NCBI GenBank assembly: GCA_033442325.1
Contig: JAWQFM010000012.1
Coordinates: forward strand, 1,473,793-1,537,792
Direction of reading: 5' to 3'
DNA from: Salpingoeca rosetta
Taxonomy: Eukaryota; Protista; Choanoflagellata
Length of the DNA stretch: 64,000 nucleotides
Shown: positions 1 through 14,148 of the stretch, piece after piece
Numbering within the stretch: the first letter of the stretch is position 1
Layout of the letters: the number at the start of each line of letters is the position of its first letter
Made by a program: the position numbers and the translations under genes
The notes under the pieces: model-generated
Told to the model about the DNA's origin: nothing
The model's database searches: none
Seen by the model: only the letters and a program-made list of their open reading frames with translations

Positions 1-54
1 CAACGCGCCCACACCCCAGCAATCTCACCAGCCAAGGTAGGCAAGGGTATGTGG

Positions 55-114
<60 letters not shown>

Positions 115-514
115 TTTGTTTGTCTGAATATGTCTGGGTGGCTCTGTCCACCTGTCTGAGTGCCCGGGTTTGTTCTTGTCGGTTTCTGTGCCATTTTAGT
201 CACCTTTGTGTCATGCATTCACCACACCTCTGCCACACCCTCGTCACACCTGTGCCACGTCTCCTCGCCCCATTGCTCACACGCTGCTTTGCTGTCTATC
301 TCGACGGATATTGCAGTGCATTTGCCTCGCTCCTCGGCAACTCTACACAACAGCCACAGCAGCAGCAGACACAGCAGCAGCAGCAGCCGTCGCAGTCCGG
401 GTTTGACCTGTCGTCACTGTATTCACAGCAGCAGACGCCACAGCAGCAGATGCCGGGGATGATGATGCAGCCCAGCATGCAGCAGCAGATGCAAATGCAA
501 CAGATGATGATGAT

Positions 515-550
<36 letters not shown>

Positions 551-728
551 CATGCAGATGCCCATGCAAGGCGGTGGCATGATGATGCCGGCGATGATGG
601 CAGCACAGCCGCCAACAACGGCAGCAGCAGCGCAGAACGGGCGAACAAACACATCCACACCCCCAAAGACGAAGAAGGCAGACGCCTTTGATTTCGTTGC
701 GCAAGAGCTCGCGAAGTCCCGCAAGTGA
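1..728 (+). CDS. 3' end of a Gln/Met-rich protein, possibly an endocytic/AP-adaptor accessory protein (tepsin/epsin-like tail); partial
   Basis: Exon 1-36, GT..AG intron 37-316 containing (TG)n, last exon 317-728 encoding AFASLLG..QQQ/MMM..KKADAFDFVAQELAKSRK*. The AFDF tail resembles tepsin/MTV1 C-termini (recalled, weak). Confidence 0.55.
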
Positions 729-1193
729 CCTGCGATTGGTGTGCTTTTTACTTGCTTCCCTCGCCCTCACCAAACCCCTCGTTAGTCGTTCCACCTCCAC
801 CTTCTCCACCCCCCCCCCCTTCCCTCATCGTTCTGTACAGTGTGTGTAAGTTGGGGTTTGTGCCTCCTCCTGTTCCCACCTCCCCACTTCTATCCACCAT
901 CTGTACCTGCCGTGTTGGTCTTTGTGTTGTTGTGCTTCAGCCATCCTTCAATGAATAGAACGAACGCGAAAGAACGCCAGTTGCTTGCGTGCATGCGCGT
1001 GTGTCAAGCGATGTACAGCAGAAACTGTTTGTTGGGGGGGGGATAACGAGGGAAAGAGAGCAAGGAGAACAAAACGCTACAGCAAAAGTGCGACAAAAGG
1101 GGCAAGAAGGCCCTTGGCTAAGCGAAGAAGTGGTTGCGTAAGCGCAACACCGCGCATGCACCACGCCGAGCGCAAGAAACGCGCGCGCGTGCG

Positions 1194-1233
<40 letters not shown>

Positions 1234-1349
1234 CGTACAGGTACGCAAATGCATACACACACACACACATGCGTACAGGTACGCAAATGCATACACACAC
1301 TCACACATGCGTGCTGGTACGCAAATGCATACGAGCACACCCAGCCGGC

Positions 1350-3396
<2,047 letters not shown>

Positions 3397-3624
3397 TGTC
3401 CCGGTTCAAACCTTTGATGAAGCTCAAGACGGAGAAGAGGTGTGTGGTTGCTTGTGAAGGTTGATGAGGACGACGGGCGAGGGAGGCAAAGAAGGAGGCA
3501 GGTGGGCGCTGGTGGACGTGGTGTGGTGTGGATGCTGAGCGAGCGAGCAAGCGGGGATGTTTGGCTGGAGTTTGGACGATTTGTGAATGATTTCATCCAA
3601 TTATCGGCCGACCAAGGAACGACG

Positions 3625-3815
3625 ATGACAAGCAGAGGAACAGCGCAACCACCGTTACAACGCGTGGGTGATCGTGGCGGTGGTGATGACAGTGGTGGTG
3701 GTGGTGATGGCACCAAGAGCCGTGTGCGCGGCAACCACGACAGGGATGCCGACACCACGCAACACACGGATGCTTTGAACGGCATGACGGATGAGAACGA
3801 CTACACGGGGTATTC

Positions 3816-3881
<66 letters not shown>

Positions 3882-6338
3882 CTTTGAGGAGGGGAGTCAT
3901 GAAGACGACGTGAATGAAGACGATGGCGATGACGATGGCAGTGACAACAGCGACCGCGACAGCCGACACGACAGTGGCAGTGACGACGACAATTACAGTG
4001 ATCACGACAGTGACAACAGCGGCCGCGACAGCCAAAACGACAGCGACAATGGTGACGACGACAATCACGACAACCACAACGACCGCAACAGCGAGAAAGG
4101 CGATGCTGTCGAAGAGGGCGCTCAGCAACGATCCATGCAAGGACACAATGACAGCAGCACCGCTGGTGCAGAGGCTGGGTCCAGTCGCAAAGGAACAACA
4201 GACAAAAAGGAAACACAAGGAGTCGCCTCCTCCTCCTCCTCCGCTGCCGCCGCCTCATCGTCCCTGGCAAAGGCTGCGCGTGAGGTCTTGCTGCAGAACC
4301 CGGCCGATGCAGAAGGCTATCGGCGGCCGCAGTCTTTTGCGCAGTTTGTCAAGCAGCTGCGCCGACTCAGAGAGCAAGAGCGAAGTGCGCAGCATCCACT
4401 GGACGTGTTCCTGCAACGGCCACCGGTGCAGGGCCCAGACGAGGTGCAGCTGCATCAGCACGTCCTGCGGCTTTCCGCAACGCACGTGCGCGCGCAGGAT
4501 GAGCGCACCAGGGAGCACCAGCAGCTCGTAGCCCGCATTGACCGCCTCCGCGCGTCCGTGCATGAGTTTGTGGGCCTCACCAACAACCTCGTCCAGCACC
4601 AGCACCAGCACCAGCTGCTGCAGGAAGGGGACGCCACAACAGAGCCGTACGGCACCAGCCGCTCCCAGCACATGCTGGCCAAGGTGCAGGAGACGATGGA
4701 GAATGTGGAGAGCAACATCGACGCGTTCAAGCAGCGGCAGATGACGCAGTACGATGCGCTGCTGCGAGACGAGGCGGCGCTGGCGCGCGAGCTGGTGCTG
4801 TCTGGGGACCGGTTTGGCCAGTGGCAGGAGGAGGACAGGCGGCGGGCAGAGGAGCGGCGGAGGCGGCAGCAGCAGCGGCGCACTAGTCTCAGTGATCAAG
4901 TCTGCGCGATTACTTCCTGCAGTTCTTGTTATATCCCGTCCGCGCCTTACAAATTCGGTGCACGTGTCATGCCATTCGGCTGCTCAATTACAAGGTAGAA
5001 CTCGTACAGTCGCGCGGGGCGTGGGACGGGTTCAGACTATTCCATTTCCCTTACCGCGCAAATCACCCCCCAGGACCTTGAGCCTGTACAACAATCCAGG
5101 GTGAGTGTGCGTTTAGGTGTATAATTCAAATGTCGCAACTCTGAGGGACCTCAAGTTTTTTGCTAAAAACTGACGTTCTCGTGGTACGAAGTTTGTTTTA
5201 ATGCAAAACTCTGTCCAGAATGTGCGCCCACCTTGATGACGCAAAGGAAGATAACCGGGTTTAGGTGGCGTTTTAACGAGACCACTCTCAGATGTGCCAT
5301 ATGTGGTAAAGACTAGGGCAGTACCTTTCTGCGAACTACTATACGATCGACATCGACCTGCCTTGTACTCATAAATCTATTCAGGGTTTGCAAAAGAATT
5401 GTTGATCCTCAGGACCGAAGGGGGGGAGTTGCTCTTACATGAGCCTGTTGCCAAATGACCATGTAGGCTGACGGGTCATATAGTAGGTGAAGTTCACTCA
5501 CCCAGACCACAACGTGTTCCTTCGCCTGCGCAAGCAGCACAAGGGAGACAAGGCGGGGCTGGCTGGGGCGGTGGCGGAGGCGCTCGTGGGCAAGTCGCAG
5601 GCAGACGCAGAGGAGCACGAGCAGTGGTACGCGACGCTGGTTGAGCTGCGGCGCAAGTACAAGGCAGCGATTGCGGCGTGGCGGCGGGAGCAGGAGGAGG
5701 AGAGGGCGCGCATGGCCAAGGCGATGCAGGCCAAGGGCCGGGACGACGACCAGAGCGGAGAGGCTCGGCAGCGCAGGCAGGAGGAGGCGAGGCGGCAGCG
5801 GCAGCGAGAGAAGGCGCGGGAGGTGGCGGCGTGGCGCAGGCGGCAGGCCGAGGAGCGGCGCAAGGCAGAGCAGGAGCAGGCCAGGCGGGAGCGGGAGAAG
5901 GAGGAGCAAGCGCGGCAGGAGGAAGAGCAGCGGCAGCGCGCGCTGAAGAAGCAGGTGTCCGCATACCGGCGGGTGCGAGAGGCGGAGCAGCGGGCGCGGG
6001 AGGAGGCCGAGGCGCAGAGGAGAAAGGTGGAGGCTGCGGCGGCAAAGCCGTCCAATCACGACCTGCAGCGGCTGCGGCGGCGAGATGAGGAGCGCATGCG
6101 GGCACGGCTGGAGAAGCAGCGTAAGGCCGAGGAGGAGGCGCAGGCGCGCGCCCAGCGGCTGGACGCCCTGCGCAGCAAGGTGGCGTCGACGGTGAAGGTG
6201 AAGCGCGATCCTGGCCGCCTTCTGCGACTCAACGAAGCAGCGAAGAACAGGAAGAAGGACACCACCAAGCAAGGCGGCCAGGTCATCTCCCGCGCCCCAC
6301 CAAAGCTCAAGGTGCCCACATGGCGTAAAGGCATGTGA
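3625..6338 (+). CDS. CCDC112: CCDC112-like coiled-coil protein with an acidic N-terminal extension, interrupted at 4885-5498
   Basis: The 5' ORF has IDAFKQRQMTQYDALLRDEAALAREL..W. The 3' ORF has DHNVFLRLRKQHKG..GKSQADAEEHEQWY..KAAIAAWRRE and ends DPGRLLRL..VPTWRKGM*. Both match the CCDC112 pattern as recalled. The halves are in different frames and separated by foreign sequence. Confidence 0.75.
3818..3882 (+). repeat. (GAT)n coding trinucleotide repeat (poly-Asp)
   Basis: Run of about 21 GAT codons visible in the ORF. Confidence 0.95.
4885..5498. other. Compositionally foreign ~614-bp block inside the CCDC112-like CDS (unclassified insertion or replacement)
   Basis: About 48% GC by hand count over 4891-5490, against GC-rich flanking exons. 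No CA/TG microsatellite and no internal ORF >=60 aa. Flanked by CACT at 4881-4884 and 5495-5498. Confidence 0.75.
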
Positions 6339-6388
6339 GCGTGTGTGGGGGGAGTGCACCTGTTTGTCTGGTGGTCTGTGTGTGTGTG

Positions 6389-6482
<94 letters not shown>

Positions 6483-6884
6483 CGAAACCTTGTTTGTCTG
6501 TGTGTCTGTTTGTTTGCCTCTGTCTGCCTGTACGTCTGCCTGCCTGTCTGTTGCGTGTTTGGGCGCCCCTCCAGCCCTCCCTGTGGCATGCGGTACTTTT
6601 ATTCTCTGCCACGTCCACTTGGTGGTTGTTTTAGCGCTCTCTCTTCTTTCACGCGTTCGGGCTGTTCGCATTGAGTGTATTCGTGGTGGATATACTACGT
6701 GCGCAACGAATGGAGAAATGGATGAATGAACAAGAAGAACGAGTGCGTGGAAGAACCACTGCAAACCCCAGGCTGGAGCATGGTTTGAGATGAGAGTTGC
6801 AGAGACAGAAGAGGTGAGAAACACGCATACAAAACAGGGTCAATGGGGGCACCAGGGCACCGTACTGGCCCTCGCTGTCAGAGC

Positions 6885-7646
6885 TTAGACTTCGCTGGCG
6901 TTAAGCATTTCACCCGTGTTGTGGGTACCCCTCGCACGTGCGCCACCGTTGCCCTCATCGCCATCACCCTCGCCACCACCATCAGACGTTTCTTCTCCGC
7001 CCTCAGTCTCCTGGCCCTGGCCACGAGACTGGTCCTTGTCCCCCTTCTCGTTGCCATCCTTGTCACTGCCCCCTTCCCCCTGCTTGCCACCAGACTCGCC
7101 CTTGCCCTCCTGGTTGCTCCCCTCGTCCTCCTCGTCGGCCTGTTCCTTGGTCTTTGCTGCTTTCTCTGCGGCATCTTGCTTGTGTTTGCTCCTCTTGAAG
7201 ATGAGTCCAGCAGCCATGACGGAGACGCTGGCCAGCAGGCCAGAGAAGCCAAGCAAGGCCTGTGCGCTCTTGTTGTCCACGTCCTTCTTGTTACGGTGGG
7301 CGAGAATCATGGCCACAATACCCATGCCGTAGCACATGGCCATGACTGCGCAAATGGCGAACACGCTCATGCCATAAGACAGGTGCTCCTTCAAGTTCTT
7401 GTATCGGCGAAGCTTCCGCTCCAGCCGCTCCGACAAATGATCCGTGTGAACGACGGAGTATCTTGACGAGCCAAAGGGGAGTTTGTTGTCCAGCAGGTCC
7501 TGCAGCATGTCCTTGAGCTCGTCCTCGACGTCATCGAGGATGTCCTCGCTGTCTGTTTCGCCCAGGTACTGGCCGAGCATGTCGAACCGCTCCCGCAAGA
7601 ACGGGAAGGCTTTCCGGTAAGTCTCACTCACAAAGTTGATCCTCAT
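6885..7646 (-). CDS. Intronless 2-TM protein of unknown family (paralog A)
   Basis: 253-aa ORF: helical motif MLGQYLGETDSEDILDDVEDELKDMLQDL, two hydrophobic segments (YGMSVFAICAVMAMCYGMGIVAMIL; ALLGFSGLLASVSVMAAGLIF) and a G/E/D-rich tail. Confidence 0.75.
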   Translation of the reverse strand: MRINFVSETYRKAFPFLRERFDMLGQYLGETDSEDILDDVEDELKDMLQDLLDNKLPFGSSRYSVVHTDHLSERLERKLRRYKNLKEHLSYGMSVFAICAVMAMCYGMGIVAMILAHRNKKDVDNKSAQALLGFSGLLASVSVMAAGLIFKRSKHKQDAAEKAAKTKEQADEEDEGSNQEGKGESGGKQGEGGSDKDGNEKGDKDQSRGQGQETEGGEETSDGGGEGDGDEGNGGARARGTHNTGEMLNASEV

Positions 7647-8393
7647 CCTTGTGGTGTGGTGTCAGGCTGCTGCTGCTGTTGTTGTCAAAGGGGCTGATGT
7701 GCTACTCAGCTTGACCTTGCTCCAATGTACGATGCGCGGTCAGTCTCCTTGATGTGCGTGGCTACTGCGGCGGTTGTTGCTGCGCACTTGATTCGCCAAA
7801 ACGACCGTCAAACAATCCTCACACTCGCGCGTTCCTGCCAATGCTCCAATGAGTGTTCGCCTTGCTTGCTTGGGTGCTTGGGTGACTTGTTGGCGTGTGG
7901 ATCGGAGGAAAAATGGCATTCGTTCTTGGAACACTGGTGCAGGTTTGTAAGTCTGCAAGCTGGGCTGGCTGGGCTGCCTTGCTTGGCTGCCTGCAGGCAC
8001 CGTGAGCGAGTGATGTGACACCTGGCTTGCATCAATTCTCCTATTCTCGGGGGTGATATTGCTTCTGTTCCTTGCGTGTCGTGTGCCATTGCTGTTTACA
8101 ACAACACATTACTTTTGCATCTGCTTTCATCGCCATCATGTCACATTCATCACGGTGTGACGGGGACGGGGCAAATCCTATGTATTCGAACGAAACACCA
8201 CACTTCCAAAACGCGGATGCGAACAAAATGTAGGCTGCACGCGATGAAAGCATGGGAAGTGCACTCACAGAAGTACATAAGGAATGGCCATCCCCACACG
8301 CAATCAAACAAGAAATGCAAGCACAGTGTGACCGATGTGACATTGTGGAAAGACGGCCGCCATTCACACCAACGTCACACACACACACACACA

Positions 8394-8462
<69 letters not shown>

Positions 8463-8463
<1 letters not shown>

Positions 8464-9593
8464 TGTCAAGAGGAAGGAGACATGCGCGCGCCCTCGCTGC
8501 GAGTTCACCAGAGGGATCGGCCCTACCTTCACGGAGTGAGGTTGGCGATGATGACGGGGATGATGGCCAGCGCCACGCGCAGCAGCATGACGACAACGAC
8601 TACTATTTCGATACTTATGATATGCACGAGGTCCTTGACGAGGTCCTTGACGGTGATGTGGACCCAGCAACGTTGCACAACAGGCAAGTGGCTGCCCACG
8701 CTCATGACGATGAAGTGCGGATACGGCTTGAGCTGGAGCGAAGAGCAACAGCAAATGCACCGCGTGGGTCCATGCGCAATGGGCATTCAGACACTCAAGC
8801 AGCACCCTGGACAGGAGAGCCTGTGTCGGCGCTCAGCACCACGAGCGTGGGCTCCAGTGAGCGGAGGCACAGCACAACAGACCTGGAACGAGGAAGCACC
8901 CCTGACGCACCGCGCCGTGAGGTTGATTTCACGGGCGGCTCCCATGTACTGCACCTTCCCGTCGCTCACCCCAACTCAGCCACGCTAATGCAGCCGCCAC
9001 AACAACCACCTTTTCTCAACACGCGTGATTCCGGTTTCTCTTGCGTCGCTGCCGGACAACCTTCCAAACCACAACCACAAGGCCCGCCCTCACCAACAAC
9101 GCCACCGACGCCACCAACGCCAATGCTCCGGCTTTCGGATGCCGAGAGGGAGCGGATACAAGTGCTGCTGACGATGATGCGCGAGACCCCAGACACTGTC
9201 ATCCAGCGAAATGCCAAGAAGGACCTGGCGGCCATTCTCAAGTCCCTGTCCAAGATGTTCAAGTGGGCCCCTCCTTACGCGGACGGCGACATTGCGTTTG
9301 CACGGAAGCCGCCACACGGCGCTGAAGCCAGCGACTGGATTTTCAAACACTACCGCCCCTGGGGCAAGCTGCCGCTGTTAGGGCGTGCAGTGGTGCAGGC
9401 CCACACATTCGCCCTGGTCGTTCTTGCCCTCGCCCTTTGCATGTGTGCGGCCTGCTTGATCTTTGGCATCTACAACCACATCGCCGGCGACACCACAACC
9501 ACCGTTTCCACGGGCTTCATCATCTGGGGCGTTGTTGTCGGCTTCATCTCTTACCTTGCCCAGTCAACGCTGGGCGTGTTTTCCAGCGACTAG
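8463..9593 (+). CDS. Intronless 2-TM protein of unknown family (paralog B)
   Basis: ATG at 8463 follows a (CA)n tract. Motif LLTMMRETPDTVIQRNAKKDLAAILKSL, then TMs FALVVLALALCMCAACLIFGIY and FIIWGVVVGFISYLA. Confidence 0.75.
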
Positions 9594-10519
9594 ACTGGCT
9601 TCCCTGCCCACTTCCTTTCTTTCTTTCGCTTGTTTTCCCCTTCCTCTGCGTGTTTGCTTGCTTCCCACTGCTCATGTGGCTTCGTCTTGCAAGATAAATC
9701 CTCAGACAGGTGTTTGTTAACTCGGTTGCAAGACCGGACTCGGTGGTGGGGGGGGGGGGGATGAGTGCCTGAGCGCTTGACCTGAGCGGAAGCGGGCTGC
9801 TGAGTGGCTGAGTTTCTTGAGTTTCTCTACCGGTTGAGTCTGTTGATAGGTTGATGTTGAGTGTGTCCTTCGACAGGACACTGCTTAAGCAGTTTCTTCG
9901 AAGCACTTCAACCAGTTACCCACCCACACGTTCAACCAGCCTGCAACAGCTCACAAGAGCACAAGCCTGAGTGATGGGCATTGAGTAGCTAGGAGTAGCT
10001 TGCGCAGGCCTGCCTCTGCAAGCCAAGGTCCAGCTCGTGCGACCGCAGTGGTAGCAGCGCCCCCACCACACAGCACAAAAGGTAGCTGGGCTTGCTTGCG
10101 TGTCGCGTGCTTGCTTGCTTGCTTGATGTTGCTGGTTGCGTTGTCGACTTCAAAGGAGGATGCACTTCCAAAACTTCGCTTGCGTATATTTTGCCCATTT
10201 GCCCCATGTGTCCCATGTGTCCCATGTGTCCCACCGGCATGCTGATGAAACCCACATCACAGAAGTAACTTTTCCGTCGACACAAACATATGTTGCGTTT
10301 GTGGGAGCCACGAGGAACAAACATGACTGGGTGAAGGCTAAGGAGCAGGAGCTTGCTTCGTGGCTTGTCTGTCTGGCCTGCTTGTTGTTCGATGGCAGAT
10401 GAGGTCGTGCGGGTGGTGGTCTGGCTCATTTTCCGCGTCGTCACTGGAACACAAGACCTCCATCCAACACCCAAGCCAGGAAGCAAGCCCTCCAACCCAT
10501 AAGCCGCCATCAACGCACC

Positions 10520-11629
10520 ATGCCACCCAAGTCACGCTCCTCGCGCAAGCGCAACAAGTTGCCAAAGAAGCCGATGAAGGAACGGCTGGAAGTCGCCCAC
10601 CTTCTCGCCCACCAAGAGGAACTGCCACCGGAAGAACCTCAGCAACAGCAGCAACAGCAGCAACAGCAGCAACCGCAGCAACAGCAGCAACCTCTGGTTG
10701 AGCTTGGAGGGCACCCCGAGAAGCCAGACGATAGCGACGACGAGAAAAAGAAGAAGCAGGAAGAAAGGGAGAAGGAAAAGGAGTTCTTGCGGCGCCTGTT
10801 ACAAGCGCTGACGAACACGCCGAGAGGTGTCATCGCCAAGAAGGCCAAGGCAGATCTCCAACGGCTGATAACACAGCTCCGCAAGGACCTTCCATCACCT
10901 GACCAGAAGCAGGACGAAGGCGACTTCACAGTACTCTCGCTGACTCCCGAGAAGAAAGAGACGCGCTGGCAGCGGTTTTCGTCGACCATTTGCTGCAAAC
11001 AGAAGCAAGATGACGACCAGCAATACAACGTGCACCCCGTCAGGCGAGCAGTCAACCTGTGGTTCAAACACAAGAGATGCGCTCTAATCATGGCGGTCAT
11101 CACGCTTGTGCTGACCATCCTCTTGTGCATGGCCATGGTCGGCATGGGCTGCTACGTTACCTTCACCTTCGAGCCGTCGGAGGACACCCCGACCACAACA
11201 TCCGCAACAACAACAGCATCCCCGCCCACCACCACCACCTCAACCAACACCACTACCGCAACGACTGTCGGTCCAACTACGTCAACAAACATCTCAACGA
11301 CTACGACAACAACAACGGAACTGGTGGACGAGCGCCACAAACTCGCCGAGGACTTCCTCGCCTTCTCCTCCATCATTGGCAGCCTTGGCCTGCTGGCTGC
11401 GGGTCTTCTCTGGGGCGCATATCCTGCGCCAACAACAGACGACGATGACGACGACGAGGAAGCAAACGGCCACGGCACTAGCAGCGGCGGCGGCGGCAGT
11501 GGTGGTGGAGGTGATGGCGCTGATGAAGGCGAAGGCAGTGCAGCCCAGCCCTCCAGCGGTGGTGGCGGTGGTGTTGGCGGCGGCCAACGGGGCGCACTCG
11601 TTCGGCTTGTGACGTGGCTGTTCGGATGA
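10520..11629 (+). CDS. Intronless 2-TM protein of unknown family (paralog C) with a Thr-rich loop
   Basis: 369-aa ORF: motif LLQALTNTPRGVIAKKAKADLQRLITQL, TM1 ALIMAVITLVLTILLCMAMVGMGCYV, mucin-like T-rich loop, TM2 FLAFSSIIGSLGLLAAGLLWG, acidic/Gly tail. Confidence 0.8.
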   Translation: MPPKSRSSRKRNKLPKKPMKERLEVAHLLAHQEELPPEEPQQQQQQQQQQQPQQQQQPLVELGGHPEKPDDSDDEKKKKQEEREKEKEFLRRLLQALTNTPRGVIAKKAKADLQRLITQLRKDLPSPDQKQDEGDFTVLSLTPEKKETRWQRFSSTICCKQKQDDDQQYNVHPVRRAVNLWFKHKRCALIMAVITLVLTILLCMAMVGMGCYVTFTFEPSEDTPTTTSATTTASPPTTTTSTNTTTATTVGPTTSTNISTTTTTTTELVDERHKLAEDFLAFSSIIGSLGLLAAGLLWGAYPAPTTDDDDDDEEANGHGTSSGGGGSGGGGDGADEGEGSAAQPSSGGGGGVGGGQRGALVRLVTWLFG

Positions 11630-12041
11630 GTCGTGTGGTTTTGTCCTTTGCTGATGCCCCTGTATCAGCATTGTGGTGTTTGCTGCTTGCGCATTGCCTG
11701 TTCGCTTGCTTGTGTGCTTTGTGTAATGTGACTGTTTTCAACAACCTGCCCTTCAACACTCCTGTCAACACGCCAGCTCATTTATTCGTGTGAACTGGAC
11801 AGTTGCAACAAACGTAAAAACACAAACGAACACCATCCAGCACAGCAAGAACTGTGGCTTTTGTGAACTGAGAGATCAATTAACCATGCTGCCAACAGCA
11901 ACGTTGCACAGGAACAGACAACAAGAAGGCGCTCAAATGCACAACACACCCACACCCACAAACAAACAAACACACACACACACACACACACAAACAAAGC
12001 ACAAACGTCCACAGTCACACGCGCACCCAACATAACTTCTG

Positions 12042-13053
12042 TTAGAACGTTTGAGCGTTGCGACAGATGCCACAACCAAGGGCAAATTCCTCTCCGGTGG
12101 GCGGGTGCTTCACATGCAGCGGGCACTCCTCTCCTTCCAGCTGCGTCAGCTTGGGTCCAGCCTGAAACAAAACCGCGAATCAAGATTCGTTCACGTCAGT
12201 ATGCAGGCGGACACAAACGCGCACGTGCACAGTGAGATCGGCCCACCCAAACAGACACACACGCAGACACAGACACGCTGGCACACAGACACACGCGCAC
12301 GCAGAGTCACATAAACACACGCAGACACACACACGCACGCACGCAGAGTCACATAAACACACGCAGACACACACGTACCGGGCACTTGGGCAGGTTGGCC
12401 TTTGGGCAATCGAGACAGCGCTGGTAGTCGTCGTGGCACGGCTGGCAAAAGTGGGTCGTGCCAAAGCAGAAGAACACGGCCACACTGCAGCAGTAGCGAC
12501 ACTGGAAACGCAACGCGACCATCAACAACACACGGCCACTGTCTGTGAGCTACCGTATTGAAAACGACCTCCACAAACAAACAAACGAACGCGCAAAGAA
12601 ACAAACAAACACACACACACACGAACAAACAAACAAACAAACAAACAAACAAACAAACAAACAAACAAACACACACACACACGCGCGCGCGCACACACGC
12701 GCGCGCATCACAAGTAAACCAATAAGCACAACAAACGTGCATACGTGCGCGCGCACCTTGTACTCCAAAAAGTCTGTTCCGTGCTTTGGACAAACTTGCT
12801 GTGCCTCGCCTGTCGATGTTGACGAACAGACACGTGCATCAAACACAGTACGAACAAAACTCATCGTGATTTCAAAGCTGGCAACAAACTCAGGCAACAA
12901 AACAAGATCACAAGCAGTAAACAAGCACACACATGCATGCACACACACACACCTCCGGAGCACGCGGGGCACACAAGCTCTTCTTCGTCAAAGTCGTTGC
13001 TGCCAACGGCACACGCTTCTTCGCCACCAAAGTACGCTTTGCTGCACCTGTTT

Positions 13054-13143
<90 letters not shown>

Positions 13144-13507
13144 GAGACAAGAGGCAAGGCGTCAGTGACGCTGCTGAACTTGCGTTGCACCCACAGCAAT
13201 GTTACGACCAGTTAAGCTCAAACACGGCTGCATGCGATGTTCTTACTTGAAGCACTTGTAGTAGGTGTACTTCTTCATGGCGCGCGCCGCCCTCTTCTCC
13301 TCCGTGCCCTCCACCTTCTCATTGTCATATTGCAGACGCATCAGCGCCTACCAACAAACAAGCAAAAGAGAAGCGTGGAGCGGGGTGAGACGACGAAACA
13401 CACAGACACGCACACACGCACACAACAGCACACACAGACACGCACACAACAGCACACACAGACACGCACACAACAGCACACACCCACACCCACACCCACA
13501 CCCATAT

Positions 13508-13555
<48 letters not shown>

Positions 13556-14067
13556 TGCGGCGAACGTCTGCGTGCAGGGCCTTGATTGGCGCCAGCATGG
13601 TTGCAAGGAGCGGATGCGGCTCTCCTTCCAGCAGACTCGAGCGGCAAAGCGGGCACGTGGCAAAGTCAAACGTGATGCGCGGGCCGGGCCAGCCCGTCTT
13701 GAGCATGCGGAATATGCAGTCCGCGTGAAAGATGTGCCCACACCCTGTCATACACGCAGGTTGGTGAATTGGTTGGTTGATTGGTTGGTTGATTGGTTGG
13801 TTGATTGGTTGGTTGATTGGTTGGTTGGTATGGGTCGGTTGGGTAAAGCACCACATATTGAATCATCAAGACACGGGACCGAGTGAGGCCGGAAATAAAA
13901 GCCAAGTCATGCACCAGCACATAACAAAACAATGAACACACACACGCACAAACATGCAGGCACGCACAAACATGCAGGCACACAAACATGCACGCACGCA
14001 CAAACATGCACGCACGCACAAACATGCACGCACGCACACACACACACACACGCACACACACACACAC

Positions 14068-14148
<81 letters not shown>

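Noticed and set aside
5073-5087. 15-nt match GGACCTTGAGCCTGT to ~39286-39300
   Set aside because: A single short match, compatible with chance.
4881-5498. CACTA transposon or Helitron interpretation of the foreign block (CACTAG at the left end; CTAG|T on the minus strand)
   Set aside because: No matching TAGTG terminal inverted repeat, no A|TC Helitron 5' end and no convincing subterminal hairpin.
5222-5507. Group II intron (GTGCGCCCA start, domain V-like hairpin) or group I intron motifs
   Set aside because: The candidate start is internal to the block, the span is too short, the domain V geometry is imperfect and there is no complete P7 pairing. Kept only as a weak lead.
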